Below, piece by piece: positions 26,039 through 38,529 of a DNA stretch of 64,000 nucleotides; positions within the stretch are counted from its first letter, which is position 1, and every line of letters begins with the position of its first letter. Position numbers and translations under genes: made by a program. The stretch spans positions 10,602,001 to 10,666,000 of the forward strand of contig NW_026889759.1 of NCBI RefSeq assembly GCF_033153115.1. Direction: 5' to 3'. Origin of the DNA: Saccostrea echinata. Its lineage: Eukaryota. The notes below the pieces were generated by a model, which worked only from the letters and a program-made list of their open reading frames with translations, was not told where the DNA came from and made no database searches.

Positions 26039-29000
26039 TCAGCCATTCTTACATTTGTTTTGGTCCGTCTTTAGATACTGATCGAACTCAGTACTGTCAA
26101 TCTCGGACACGTCCCTTAGCTCTTGAGATGATAATACGTAGTCGTTTAGCTGAGGAGGCTGGGTTTTTGGCTCGGTTTCCTGAACCCCCGACAACACAGT
26201 TCCAGCTTCTGACCAGTAGGTCAAACATTGTTCGTCTGAGTACATGCGAACTTCTGCCTGAGCGTCTTGAGACCCCATAGGGAAGACAAAGCCTTGAAAA
26301 TTGTTCTGATAGGGCGGAGTGTCCGGAAACCCAAGACAAATCGTGGATGGTTGTATGCTTGTGTGGTCAAATCCGGACCCCACTTGCTCTGCAGCATAGT
26401 TGATTTGAGAAATCAAAAAGGGCGGTGCGTCTCTTTGTGACACTTCAGGACTTGCAGGTGGCGTTAAGTTGGTAGATTTTGACACACATTCAATTTCCAC
26501 TTGTTTGCTTACATGTATATTAGACAAAGACAGATCGTCTAGAGAACCCCTGAACTTGGTCTTTTTCCGGCGCGGACGATACTTGTAGTTTGGATATTTT
26601 TTCATGTGTAGCTCCCGTAATTTGTCAGCTTGTTCGTTGTAGTATTTCTTTTGTGATGGACTTAGAGATCGCCATTTCTGACCTACAAAGTAAACCAACC
26701 TATATATGTTTATGTTAGTAATCTGAATTGTAATAATATTATGAGGTTTGTTACGTTATGAAAGTATTTACCTAAGTTACGCAATTAACACAGAAATGTG
26801 CAAGATGAAAAATATAGCTGTGTTTCACATTAAGCAAAACATACAAACATTTATAGTTGCTTTAACAGAAAGAAAAAAAGACGTAAGAAATATTGCATTT
26901 GACTAGGTGGATTAAGGATTTTTCACTTATAAGCAGTAGTGCGCCGATTAATCGATTGAATCGATTTCCTAGTCGAAATGACACCGATTATAGACAATCG
27001 ATTATAATTTTGATAACCGATTAATCAACATAATAGTTAAAAGCAAATTATTCCTGTGATTTCTATGATTCAAGGTTCTTTGCATGCAAGCACATAGCAA
27101 CGAGTTTAAAAAGGGGGGGGTGCAACCTCCCCAAAAAATATGACAAGCCCCCCCCCCCCAAAAAAAAAACAACAGCAACAACAATCAGTTCAAAAATGAA
27201 AAAATGGGAGGGGGGACTCCCATTAATCTGACAAGCAAAAAAAATAACAAATAAATAAATAAAAAAAAAAATAAATGTCCAAACTCGAGAATCCTATTTC
27301 GTGGGAGGGGGTCCTTACTTTTGGATACTTTTTTGCAAAGTTGCCCCCTCCCCCCTGTTTAAACATCATGTCGACAAACATTGTAAATTAAGTGATACTT
27401 CAGATTTAAACCCATTCACTTACAGATGTAAATTTTACATGTATACAAATTTTACTCTTGGTCTGTAAACGTAATTTTTCAACTCTTGTGTAAATGTAAT
27501 TTTTCACAGACACTCTCAAACTGTATGTATATCAGTACGAAGTTTGCAATTTCAAAGCTTTCTAATCGCTCTTCACCGCAGTGTTTCTCCCATGCACAAA
27601 ATAGAATGTTGCCATTTCTTGTTTAAATGCAACTTAAAATAATTATTGGACTTTTAAATAATACAACAGATGGTCACTGTTCTCTCTTATGTAAAAAGAG
27701 GCATTTTTTAATGAAATCGATGATGCTCTATTTTCTAGACAATTTCAATATTACTATCCTCGTGAAAATTTTGCTACGCGTTTGCATGACTGAAAATTAA
27801 TACACCAGGAGTTAATTTACTCATATGTAAAAGTTAATTTGCACCTAGATGTAAATTAGATTGCACCTAGATTATGGGGACAGTGCAGAATAAACACCTG
27901 TGTCATCACCTATGGAAACTTATCAATGTCTGATTTCTCAGGCATGTTTCATGGTTTCCTTTATTTCATCATGTCTACTGAGAAATTCCTATAAACGATT
28001 TTAGTCATCGTATCTATAAATAGAGTTTTAACTGGTTAATCCGTAGGAACGTCTTGCAGTTAACCGATTAGCAATTAATTNNNNNNNNNNNNNNNNNNNN
28101 NNNNNNNNNNNNNNNNNNNNNNNNNNNNNNNNNNNNNNNNNNNNNNNNNNNNNNNNNNNNNNNNNNNNNNNNNNNNNNNNNNNNNNNNNNNNNNNNNNNN
28201 NNNNNNNNNNNNNTTGATGCTACACGTAACTAAACTTTTTATTATATATCAGCATATTACCATATATGAGGCAAATTAAAATAATGACGCAAATTTTAAC
28301 CACCTCACACAAAAAACACAAAAACACCATGTAAATATCTAAAGCCTCTGAACATATTATATATATAACAGGATTCACTCAGAGGGAAAAAAAAATCAAA
28401 AATTTCAATGTTTAGAAAGAACGCCACAACGACAAAGTGTATTGCAATGTATTGCCATTATAAATATTGTTGCAGGTAGATCTTTACTGATTAAAATTTA
28501 TTACATCTACTCGTAACTATGTTCATAAAAGCTCTTTTTCTATGATGTAATCATGTATACTTTTACTATCGTGAAGAAAACATTTTATTGCTTTAATTTT
28601 AATTAGTAACTAATTTGTAATTTTCAGTGTATTTCTGAATAATACAACAAATTCAATCTAAGAGGAAAGACGTAGATATTATAAAAAAGTATTGAACATT
28701 AAGAAAAAATAGATTTGAAACCGGTCTACATGGAGATGTCTACTTGACACATACATGTATATTGCTGTACCGCATCAAAAACAAAAATAAAAGATAACAG
28801 AATTTACTACAAACTCAGAGAAGAATTTAAACTCTGCCTCCCAATTAGAAAATGATCAGACATCTGAAATAGTCTGTTTTTCAATGATTACCTTTCTTCC
28901 TGTATGATTTAGAACTCATGCAGCCACTTACCCAGCATTTTACTGAGATCAGCATTGTGAACTTCGGGGTTTTCCGCAGCCAATTTCTTCCTCTCCGTTT

Positions 29001-29163
29001 TTGCCCAGACCATAAAGGCGTTCATTGGGCGTCGTATGCGCTCTTCCCCCCGCGCGCTCTGGGGCGCGCTTGGCAAGTAAAGGGGGTATGGGCAAGGAGT
29101 TGCCCTCGAATGGAAAAAATCCGTAATTGGTGGTAACTTAGTAGTATCATTGGTGTCATCCAT
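26039..29163 (-). CDS. SoxF-group (Sox7/17/18-like) HMG-box transcription factor, 291 aa
   Basis: Exons 29163-28932 and 26682-26039. HMG box [37 protein letters not shown]|QKW...[12 protein letters not shown] with the SoxF-type intron at KMLG; [13 protein letters not shown] and C-terminal [11 protein letters not shown] motif. Confidence 0.9.
28081..28213. other. Assembly gap (133 N) in the SoxF intron
   Basis: Run of n. Confidence 0.99.
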
Positions 29164-30529
29164 ATTTTTTAAAACTCCTTCACAGACAAGAGTATGTTAA
29201 GCAAATTGAAACAGGATGAAAGTTTTTTTGTATTTATAAACACTTCGATATTGTGTATGTCACTTAAAATAGATCAGGGAGTTAGACACTTCTGAGCGAA
29301 AATGTGTCAATCAAATTGCTATCTTATCACAAAATCAATGGCAAAGGGCAGTAAAAGTGAAACATATGACTGCACCATCATACCCGGCAAAACCACAGAG
29401 ATACAAAATCCAATTTGGTCGTTTGAACCGATCTTATCTACGTTAAAAAATTTACCTAATGACGCATAGCAATCGCATCTTATTTTTCTAAATGATGCTC
29501 TAGCAGTATCTTTACATGCATATTCCATGCACGTCGATCTGAATGCTTTGTTTTCCGTGTTATTTTAATATAAAGGAGTTTAACAAACTAAATAGATTAA
29601 ACTCTTCCAATAAAAGGGGGGGGGGGTACTTGAATTCGATGCACCTTGGAGCACTTGACAGGATTCGGGGTATGGATATGCCCTAAGAAACATTGTGCCC
29701 CACCCTTGTCATATATATACAACTATTTACCAGTATGCATTGTAATGGTAAAATAGTACATTAACATTGATTTCATTTTTATTTTAATTATATGAGCGTT
29801 TAGTTTTTTATGAATGTATTCTAGCATTATTGATTATAGCCCCTTTAAGTTAATAAGGACTTAAATATTAACAAACTTTATCGTATTATATGATTTCCAG
29901 TCTTAACACAGGAGTTCAGACTGGGGGGTGGGGGGGTCAGGCTTCTAAAATTAACATCATTTTTCAAAAGGGGGGGGGGTATATGTACACATTTGCATTT
30001 TTCTTCTAATGCCATGCATGCACATGTATTTTACCTCCTTTAATGTTTGTTATAAATACGAATGCATATTTCTGTCTAACTTTCTTAATTAATATATCTG
30101 AGGTACTTGAAATTCAAACAAATAGATTTCAACTTCTCGCTATGTTAATTCCAATATGCAGCGAAAAGGCATCTCCGGTACACTACAAAAATAAACAGGA
30201 AACAAAAACGAATGGTAGAAAAAACAATGATTTCATAACCATTGACCCTGAAGTGGTATAGAATACCAAGCCTTGTTAAAGAAGAATGCAAAAGTTGAAA
30301 GACATCGCGTTTCATTGGAGAGCATATGTGTTGGCTCATACACTGTGGAAAAAACAACAGTTGATTATTATTGACAGACTTCTGGTATATATAGCAAGGC
30401 ATTCAAAGTAGCTGTATGATGAGCCTGGAAAAGTGAAAACAAATGTAATAACCACGGCACGCTTATATTGTCATGCAGGGAACTGAATAGGATAAATTAT
30501 ATTACTATCTACAGTGGAGATCCAATTTC

Positions 30530-30613
30530 TGCACGTGCGCGCGCCGTGTTGTTTCAGTAGCCACCGTGTGGGTGCCACTCTTGTTGGATATTTTTTTTCC
30601 CTTACAGGTAAGT
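30530..30613 (+). promoter_or_regulatory. Probable non-coding first exon and donor of the opine dehydrogenase gene
   Basis: CpG-rich stretch with CACGTG ending in CAG|GTAAGT (donor 30608); matching acceptor TTTTCCAG at 32969, 11 nt before ATG 32981. Confidence 0.5.
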
Positions 30614-31599
30614 GACCAGTATATTTTGATTATGTAGTAGCATATAATGAGTTGAGCCAAAAGGACTAATCTGACCAATACGAATTGTTTCCTTTAAGAG
30701 TTTTAAAGATTATAGTTTTCTTGGAAGTAATACATGCTTCCTTGGCAGCTTGAGAAAAAATGTAGAGAAATTTACAATCATTCTTAAAATTGGAATTAAT
30801 CTAGAAATTTTATACCTTCTAGAGACCAAATTAGAAATGACATTGAAGCGAGAATTTCGTCACAACTGACAGACAACCAATCTCTTGCTTTCTTATAGCT
30901 ATATTTCTGTCATTATAGCCTCCTACAGTATCTGAGTTGCAATTAGCGTTTTGTAGATCTTATATTTGACGTCAGAGCAGTTGACGTATAATCAAATTAG
31001 AATGAGAAAATTGGGAGAAGCATTTTTCATTGCTTGGCATCTGCTGATGCCATGCAAAACGTTTGCATCAACATTCCTATTATATGATGGAAATGTCTGT
31101 TCTTTTATAAACATATATACTAGCTTTCAGAAGTGGCCAGCCTTTGACTGTAATAAATGTATACATATACTGACTAACGTACTTATTGAACTATCTTTGA
31201 GGGGGTGCCACCAAAGGCCTCAGACATCCTTAAACTTCGTGATTGTTACAAAAATACAATGCTTTAGACACATTATTGCTTTGTTTCTGAAGTAAGTGGT
31301 TGCCAACTTCGGCTTCAAAATATCTGCGCCAGTAATCTTACATTGTGATTTGAAAGAAATATAAAAAACAATGTACAAGCTCGGGCAAAGATGGGGGTGA
31401 TTATAGAAATGTTTATACTCAGTTTGTTCACTTCGAACAACGGGAAAGGATACAAGTGTTTTACACTTCATTTCTGTACACGGGTTGCTATTTCTTTATT
31501 GCTAAAGGCTAATTTCAAATGAAAAGAAGCAAATTTAGAGAATTGTGGTCTCCCGCTTTAAGTCTTATTGGTTTGGGTGCAATGATTTTTGGCATATTG

Positions 31600-32700
31600 T
31601 ACCTGTCTTTGAAACAAAGGTAAAACTTCAAGTTCAGGTTAAGGAGTATAAGAATCAAAAAGTACATTTGAACGGTCTAGTCGCAAGTAATTCACATATG
31701 AAATATAAAAGTCCTGTCTCTTCAGGTGCAAAAACTACGACCAAGGTTAAAATTTTGAAAATAAGGTCAAAATTCAAGGTCAAGGTCACAAGGTAGCAAA
31801 AAATCATAGTACATTTGGCAAGGTCTTGTTCCAGGCAACGCACGTGTAGATTATGAAAGCCTGGTGTAAAAACTATGGCCAAGGTTAGAGGTTTTGAAAA
31901 GTTCAAACTTCAAGGTCATATAAAAGTGAAGAATAAATAACTTTACTCGTCATCCTTCGTGGATTTACTTTTATATGACCTTGAAGTTTGAAGTTAATAG
32001 GGTTTAACTAGTCTCAATAAAATAAAGTTGCATTTACATTTTTAGGAGTAACCGGGTACTCGATCGGAAAATCGTCAGAGTAACCGATTATCAAATATTG
32101 GCCGATTTGACATTCCTAAAAATTATAAATTATAGGTTTTATCTGAGGTAGTACACAAGTAAATTATGAAAACTCTCTTCAGTTGCAAAAGTTACGGTCA
32201 AGGGTAAATTTTTTGAAAAGTAGGTCTCGCAGCAAAGTCATGTTATGAGGTAAAAAACTCATTGTACACTCGGAAAGGTCTTGTCACAGGTATTCAGGTA
32301 ATGCACGTGTAAAATATGAAAGCCTTGTCTCTTCGGTGCAAAATATACGGTCAAGATTAAAATATTTGAAAAGAACTTCAAACTTCAAGGTGAAGGTCAT
32401 AATTTCAAAAATCAAAGTATACTGGGAAAGCCCCATCTTCACTCATTCAAAAGTTTTGACCAATGTTACAGTTTTTTTTTTTTTGTGACAAACAAAAATT
32501 CAAAAGTGGGTCAAACTTTCAGGTCAAGAGGTCAAAAATCATAAAATACTTTGAAATCTCTTGTCATAGGTAATGCTCATGTAAAACATGAACGTCCCAT
32601 CTTCTCTCATTCAAAGTTTATGACCAAGGCTCAAGTTTTTGTGACAGAGAGATGAAATGAAATTCAATGTTCCCACGCTTTCCCCAAGGCAGGGGACAAT
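31600..32700. repeat. Degenerate ~140-bp AAGGTCAAGGTCA repeat array (Helentron/CvA-like element)
   Basis: Recurrent CAAACTTCAAGGTCA / GGTCTTGTCAC / ATGAAAGCC units; terminal CCC...GGGGACAA hairpin; a hAT-like fragment is nested at ~32043-32118. Confidence 0.6.
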
Positions 32701-32980
32701 TAATGTTCAAATGCATGCTAGATGCTACTGATATTTGTTTAAATTTTTAACATCGTTTTCAATTTCTCTCATATTTTTTTTCAACTCGGATCAACAAAAT
32801 ACTTTGTAATGGTTCATGGGATGTTTTCCCTCCAACTTTGTTATTTTTTGTTATTTAAATTTATTAATATTTTATTCTACATGGACAGCCGCTATGAAGA
32901 AGGAAACGTATTATCGTGGTTAAGAACTGTTCCACAAGTAGAAACTTATCAATCTCTTGTTTTTCCAGATTTACGGAATC

Positions 32981-34198
32981 ATGCCTTCTGGACCGTTAAA
33001 GATATGTGTCTGTGGAGGTGGGAGCAACGCTCACCTTGTGGCTGCCTTCTCTGCTTCAAATCCTGACGCAGAAACACGCATTCTGGACCTAAACGAAGAA
33101 GAGGCCAAAAAATGGGAAAATCTCATCGACAAGAAAGAGATGGTTTTAAGCATTAACGAAGACAATGGAACTAAGAGAGAAGTGAAGGCTAAACCAAGAC
33201 TGGTGACGAGTAATCCAAAGGAAGCCCTCAACGGATGTGACCTCATCATCCTTACAACGTCAGCGATGGACCATGGTAAATATCTACAAGCAATAGAACC
33301 ATTTGCAAGCAAGAACACCGTCATCGTGGGACTACCGGGTAAACCTGGATTCGAATACTTATGTTACAATATATTAGGCAGCAAAGCTGATCTGTGTACT
33401 TTCTTGTCTTTTGAAGAACCGTCATGGTCATCTAAAATTGTAGAATTCGGAAATCACGTAGAAGCTCTCAGTGCGATGCAGGTTTTGGTTGGCTCAATTG
33501 TTCGCGGAAGAGGCATTTGCAGACGACCACCTCTTATGTGCCTACAAATGATACATGGTAGTAAGCCGCTATTTCGTCCATCCAAACATTTTCTAGAGGT
33601 TACACTAATGCCCAATACGTTCTTTTGTCCAGTAATTATTTACGGACAATGGGGAAAATGGGATGGGAAACCGGTCTCCGAAACACCACTCTTTTATCAT
33701 GGAATGAGCAAAGAAACTGCTGAAATATTAAATACATGCAGCCAAGAATGTTTGGATGTGGCGCGAGCAATTACAACATCTGAGAAGGTCAGAGTTGACT
33801 TGACTGGTGTTCAAGATTTGTATCAGTGGTGCATTGAAAGATTCAAGGGAGACATTAGCAACAATGCCGATTTGTACACTACTATCACCACCAATAAGCA
33901 ATTTGCTGACGTCAGGCACACAATGAAAGAAGTAGACGGTGGTCTAGTGCCGGACTTTGGACGTCTGGTTGAGGACTTAGAAGCAGGGTTAGTGGTCATC
34001 AAGGGGATTGCACTTCTAATGGAAGTTCCTACTCCCAAAACAGATGAACTGATCGGGTGGTGCCAGGAAAAAGTTGGCAAAGAGTATTTAGTGAATGGAG
34101 AATTAACAGGAAATGACGTGGCAACATCTAGATGCCCTCAAAGATTTGGACTTTGTACAATAGAGGCATTAGTGAATGGAAAAATTGAGGAACACTAA
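32981..34198 (+). CDS. Opine (octopine/tauropine-type) dehydrogenase family protein, 405 aa, intronless CDS
   Basis: Rossmann motif ICVCGGGSNAH; VGLPG.PGFE, FEE.SW, PVIIYGQW.KWDGKP....PLFY, VPDFG.R.VED...GLVVIKGIA, G.DV..SRCPQRFG, all typical of molluscan octopine/opine dehydrogenases. Confidence 0.9.
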   Translation: MPSGPLKICVCGGGSNAHLVAAFSASNPDAETRILDLNEEEAKKWENLIDKKEMVLSINEDNGTKREVKAKPRLVTSNPKEALNGCDLIILTTSAMDHGKYLQAIEPFASKNTVIVGLPGKPGFEYLCYNILGSKADLCTFLSFEEPSWSSKIVEFGNHVEALSAMQVLVGSIVRGRGICRRPPLMCLQMIHGSKPLFRPSKHFLEVTLMPNTFFCPVIIYGQWGKWDGKPVSETPLFYHGMSKETAEILNTCSQECLDVARAITTSEKVRVDLTGVQDLYQWCIERFKGDISNNADLYTTITTNKQFADVRHTMKEVDGGLVPDFGRLVEDLEAGLVVIKGIALLMEVPTPKTDELIGWCQEKVGKEYLVNGELTGNDVATSRCPQRFGLCTIEALVNGKIEEH

Positions 34199-34704
34199 CT
34201 TAAAGAATTATTAAAAAAAAAACGAATATTTAGATATTTTTGTACATCATTCCATTAATCAAAACCTTAACCTGAAATATATTTTTGAAAACAGGCAGGT
34301 CTGTGTGACCTGTGGACATAAACTGTAACAACTTATACAGTAATAAGTACTTTCATGTAAATTTCATCTGCATCTGTCTAGATCAGCACCTGTTACTGGT
34401 TGATGTTAAGCAGAAATGTTACAGTATTCACGAGTAAAGATAATCATTGATAACTACTAATCCTTACAATCTTGGTTGTATAACTGAACATACTTCGCAC
34501 AGGTTCCCAGTTTAGGAATCGTAGATAGAACGGCAAGCGACCTTGGGATGTACATTATCATCAAGGTAATCAAAGATGTGAGCGAAGAAACATTGTACAA
34601 GTATATTATATAATACACCAACTGTTTCTCGGTACTTATACAGGTTATCTGTCGGCAAAAATGTTCATCTTTTTCGTGCATACTAGTAATCATTTCCCAT
34701 CTTC

Positions 34705-36078
34705 ATTCTACCGCCTTTCTGCAAAAGAAGTGGGAAGGGGGGTATGCATACAGGAATCACCTTGTCGTCTGTCTAGCTGTCCGTATGTCCATGCAAATAT
34801 GTCCGGGCTCTAACTTTGTAGTGGGGAATTATTGGAAGCCCATACTTTGTACAATAATTGATTATGACCTGAGGGTTTGTTACAACTTTGACCCAAGGTA
34901 ATTCCTGCAAGTTCAAGGTCACTAGCAGATAAAGTGTAAAATTCTTGTCCAGCTAGGTTATAATTTGGTAATAGAGAATCATTGAAAGCTCAGTCTAAGT
35001 AAAAAGATTGTAACATGAGAATGTGTCCTGATCTTGCACCAAGGTTATTTCGGCAGAGGGTACCGGTGTGTCAGACGTTTAGCCAAGGTCATTCTGGCAA
35101 GTTTAAGGTCACTGGCATTAGGTCTAAAACTCTTGTTCGGGCTATAACTTTGTAATGAAGAATCATTAGAAGCTCATACTTGGTACACAGATTGTTTATG
35201 ACCTGAGGGTGTGTCATAACCTTGACCCAAGGTCATTGTGACAAGTTTAAGGTCAAAGACAGAGAAATGTAAAATTCTTGTCTGGGCTATAACTTTGTAA
35301 TGGAGATTCATTAGAAGCTCCATCCTAACAACGTCGGGGGTCCTGAGTCAACACATCCTTACAACGTCGGGGGTCCTGAGTCAACACATCCTTACAACGT
35401 CGGGGGTTCTGAGTCAACACATCCTTACAACGTCAGGGATCCTGAGTCAACACATTGCCGTTGGACCCCTGACAAATTTCATTCGATATCTTGCGGGCTG
35501 ATTGCAGCAACGTCTTTCTGGAAAATAACAAATCTTAATTGTTTTTCTTATCTCTCAACCAATCACACTAAGCCTTTCGGTGATAAACAATGCATAACAC
35601 GTGCAGTTTAGGTCTCAACTCATTCCTTTCTGTTTACATTATCTGTCTACTTCAAGTTGATTGGTGCTTCTCAATGGGAGAAGCAAGCCCAAATAACCGA
35701 ATGAAATTAGTCAGGGGTCCAATGGCAACGTGTTGACTCACGACCCCTGACGTTGTGAGGATGTAGAAGCTCATACTTGGTACAAAGATTTTGTATGACC
35801 TGAGGGTGTGTCATAACCTTGACCCAAGGTCATTGTGACAAGTTTAAGGTCAATGGCAGAACAATTGTAAAATTCATGACAGGTCTATAATTATCTAAGT
35901 GAGAAACATTGGATGTCTATATTTCACCGAAAGATTACTTATGACCAGAGGAAGTGTCACTTTTATAACCAAAGTCATTTTGTCAAGTTCAAGGTCACTT
36001 TCAAAATATTACAAATAGGCACTTTTAAAAAAAATGCAGCGGGGGTTTATTTTGTGAGCTCGCTTACAGTAGCTCTAG
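34705..36078 (+). mobile_element. HINE/CvA-like element with ~135-bp internal repeats, interrupted by a MITE
   Basis: GTCTGTC-type microsatellite near the 5' end, repeated TATGACCTGAGGGTGTGTCATAACCTTGACCCAAGGTCATT units, 3' GTGAGCTCGCTTACAGTAGCTCTAGT. A related copy lies in opposite orientation at ~41921-42410. Confidence 0.7.
35321..35763. mobile_element. MITE with ~66-bp TIRs and 9-bp TSD (Mutator-like); left end tandemly repeated
   Basis: TSD TAGAAGCTC at 35312-35320 and 35764-35772; TIRs 35420-35485 and 35698-35763; 33-bp terminal unit at 35321, 35354, 35387, 35420. Confidence 0.85.
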
Positions 36079-38529
36079 TGTAAACGGTGATGTGAAAATT
36101 GAACATTGTATATCACTTTCAAAATCAAAAAACAAGGCTTAAATGGTAATAAAAACTCGGAATAAGGTTCAGATGTGGATACTTGGACCATGCGTGATTG
36201 CGGTAAAATATCAAAGATGTTTGAAACAAACTTCGTTGTCATTTGAATTAAAAAAAAAAATAATATTGGATTTTTGACACTATCCCTGAAGTCCATGTTT
36301 GAATGGTTTGCAATTTAGAGATTCTACTGGGTATCTTCCTACCGCTACTATGATGGATCTTTTTATTTTCTTGACTTGTCTTGACACGTCTCTATACATC
36401 ATAGTTTGTAAATGACATCATACTTCAACATTATCAATCACAGATAGAATAAATAAAGATCTTACAACCCCCCCCCCCCCCCCCCCCATCCCTTTGTCAT
36501 CAAAGAATTTTTGGGCATACAAAGTTTTTTTTAAAGAAAGTATCGGTATAAAAGTTTTAATTTAATTTTGAAAATAAGTTTTTCCAACTTATTCCGAGTG
36601 CCGGGATAAAGTGTAAGTGCAGATACTAGAGTTTATTTTATTTCAATGTGGAAAACTTCAGAAAAACGGTCAAAAATCCTGTGTATTAAACCATCGAAAA
36701 GAAAGATGCACATTATATTTTCTGATATAATTGAATTTACCATTGTAAAGCCAAAAGACTTCCGTAATATTTTTTGCACAAAATTGAGAGTTTGTAGGAA
36801 GTTTGATTACAGTTTTACATCATTGACTTGCAGGACAACCTATACCTCCTCTGAAAGTTTTTAAACCTTAAATGTAAAGGCAGTGAACAAAATTAATACA
36901 GAAAATGATTTAAAGAAAAATTTATTAATATTAACAACAAAGACAATGTATGCAAATCTTTTTTATACTTGCAACAAAATATTGATCATTATATCAATTC
37001 ATAAATATATATCTATAATACACAACTTGTTTAAACTATAAAGAAAAGAAGTGCACCAATAATGACTATATGTAAAGTTTCTGATCACAATAGTTAAAGA
37101 ATGTAAATAAACCTACATGAACAGCACAGTGAAAGACATATTCTATACTCAAAACAGCAGCCCTACATTCTAGTTTTTGTCAGTGAGTGATCGTGTTCAT
37201 TTAACAGATCTAGGATAAATAATGCAGTGTTCTTTTCTTCAGCACCATGAAAATTGAAAATACAATGTATATTCCCGACAATGACTAATATCCAAATTGT
37301 ATGATAGTGTATTTCAGTAGTAATGTATAATTTTGATAAATACAATGTAATTTATATTCAAATATTTTATGTTTTGTTCATAACTTTACAGAAAAGGCTA
37401 GAGCAAAAAATGCAAAATAAGATCAATACAACAGTTATTCAATTAAAAAAAAATTGAGGTAAAATTGAACCCATCAGCATGAAAAATGGATAATAAATAG
37501 ATGTTCATTGTTGAAATCAAATGTATGTACCGAGAAAATGAACGCTATGAATCCCTCTTGAGAATGAAAATATGGAAGGACTTGGATGCGGAATACATAA
37601 ACTTATGTGACTTTGGGCCCTTTGTATATTGCACATATCAAAATCAATTGCATTAGTCAGTCCACACATCACAGTTCTTGGGGTAAATGTGGGTTAACCA
37701 ATACTGTATACAGGGATATTTTAGCCCTATGTTATTTTCACCATTTCACACTTGCAAACAATTTTGCCCCATTTTAAATTTGCCGAGAATTTAGTTTCGT
37801 TTAAGAGATACTGCTGTTTTCTTTGAATTCCCCGTTTTAAATTTGCCAACTTGGGACGAGGGCAAAGGGGTCAAAAAAAAAATGAGGGTGAACATTTCCC
37901 TGTATACAGTGTAACATCTATAATTGGTTAACCTACAACAACCATGGTGGGAGAATTGATTGTGACTTCACTATGTCAAAATATCATTATTAAAAGAGAA
38001 TTGACTATGACATTCTTACATCAAAATATCACAAGGCAAAGTAAGCCAATCAGTGTGGACAAGACATGGATAAAATATCAACTCAAGTCAATGTGGGCCA
38101 GCCTCTGGATTACAATGCACATACATGTATCTATCTCAAATCTGACAGAGAAATATAGTTAAAGAAACAAAAATGGTAAGTATCCTAAAGATATACTGAT
38201 CCGAAGAACCTTTACATTAAGAAACTTGTTTTTGAATGAACATGCTGTAAGAATTTGATAAAATTCTGAAAACTTATCCATAGTAGTATAACTAAACAAA
38301 AAGTATTGCAACTTATTCCTCCACTGGTTGAAAAACTTCATGGACTAGAAAAAAGTTACATGTATTATAAAATAATTTCTAAATTCATTACAATGTATGT
38401 CACATTATTTTGAAAAGGTAATTAAAATATCTACAGTAATACATACAGATTGAAAAAAAATATCTACCACTAAAGGACACAATCACTCGTTTCAGTAATA
38501 AATTTTCAACCCATAGTATAATAAAGAAA

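Noticed and set aside
32957-34198. Bacterial contamination or recent HGT of the intronless dehydrogenase
   Set aside because: Motifs are of the molluscan type, a spliceosomal acceptor precedes the ATG, and the flanks carry host repeats. The ORF-track start at 32957 lies in the intron.
35321-35452. 33-bp direct repeats resembling a CRISPR array
   Set aside because: The repeats are contiguous with no unique spacers, match the MITE's TIR, have no cas genes nearby, and the context is eukaryotic.
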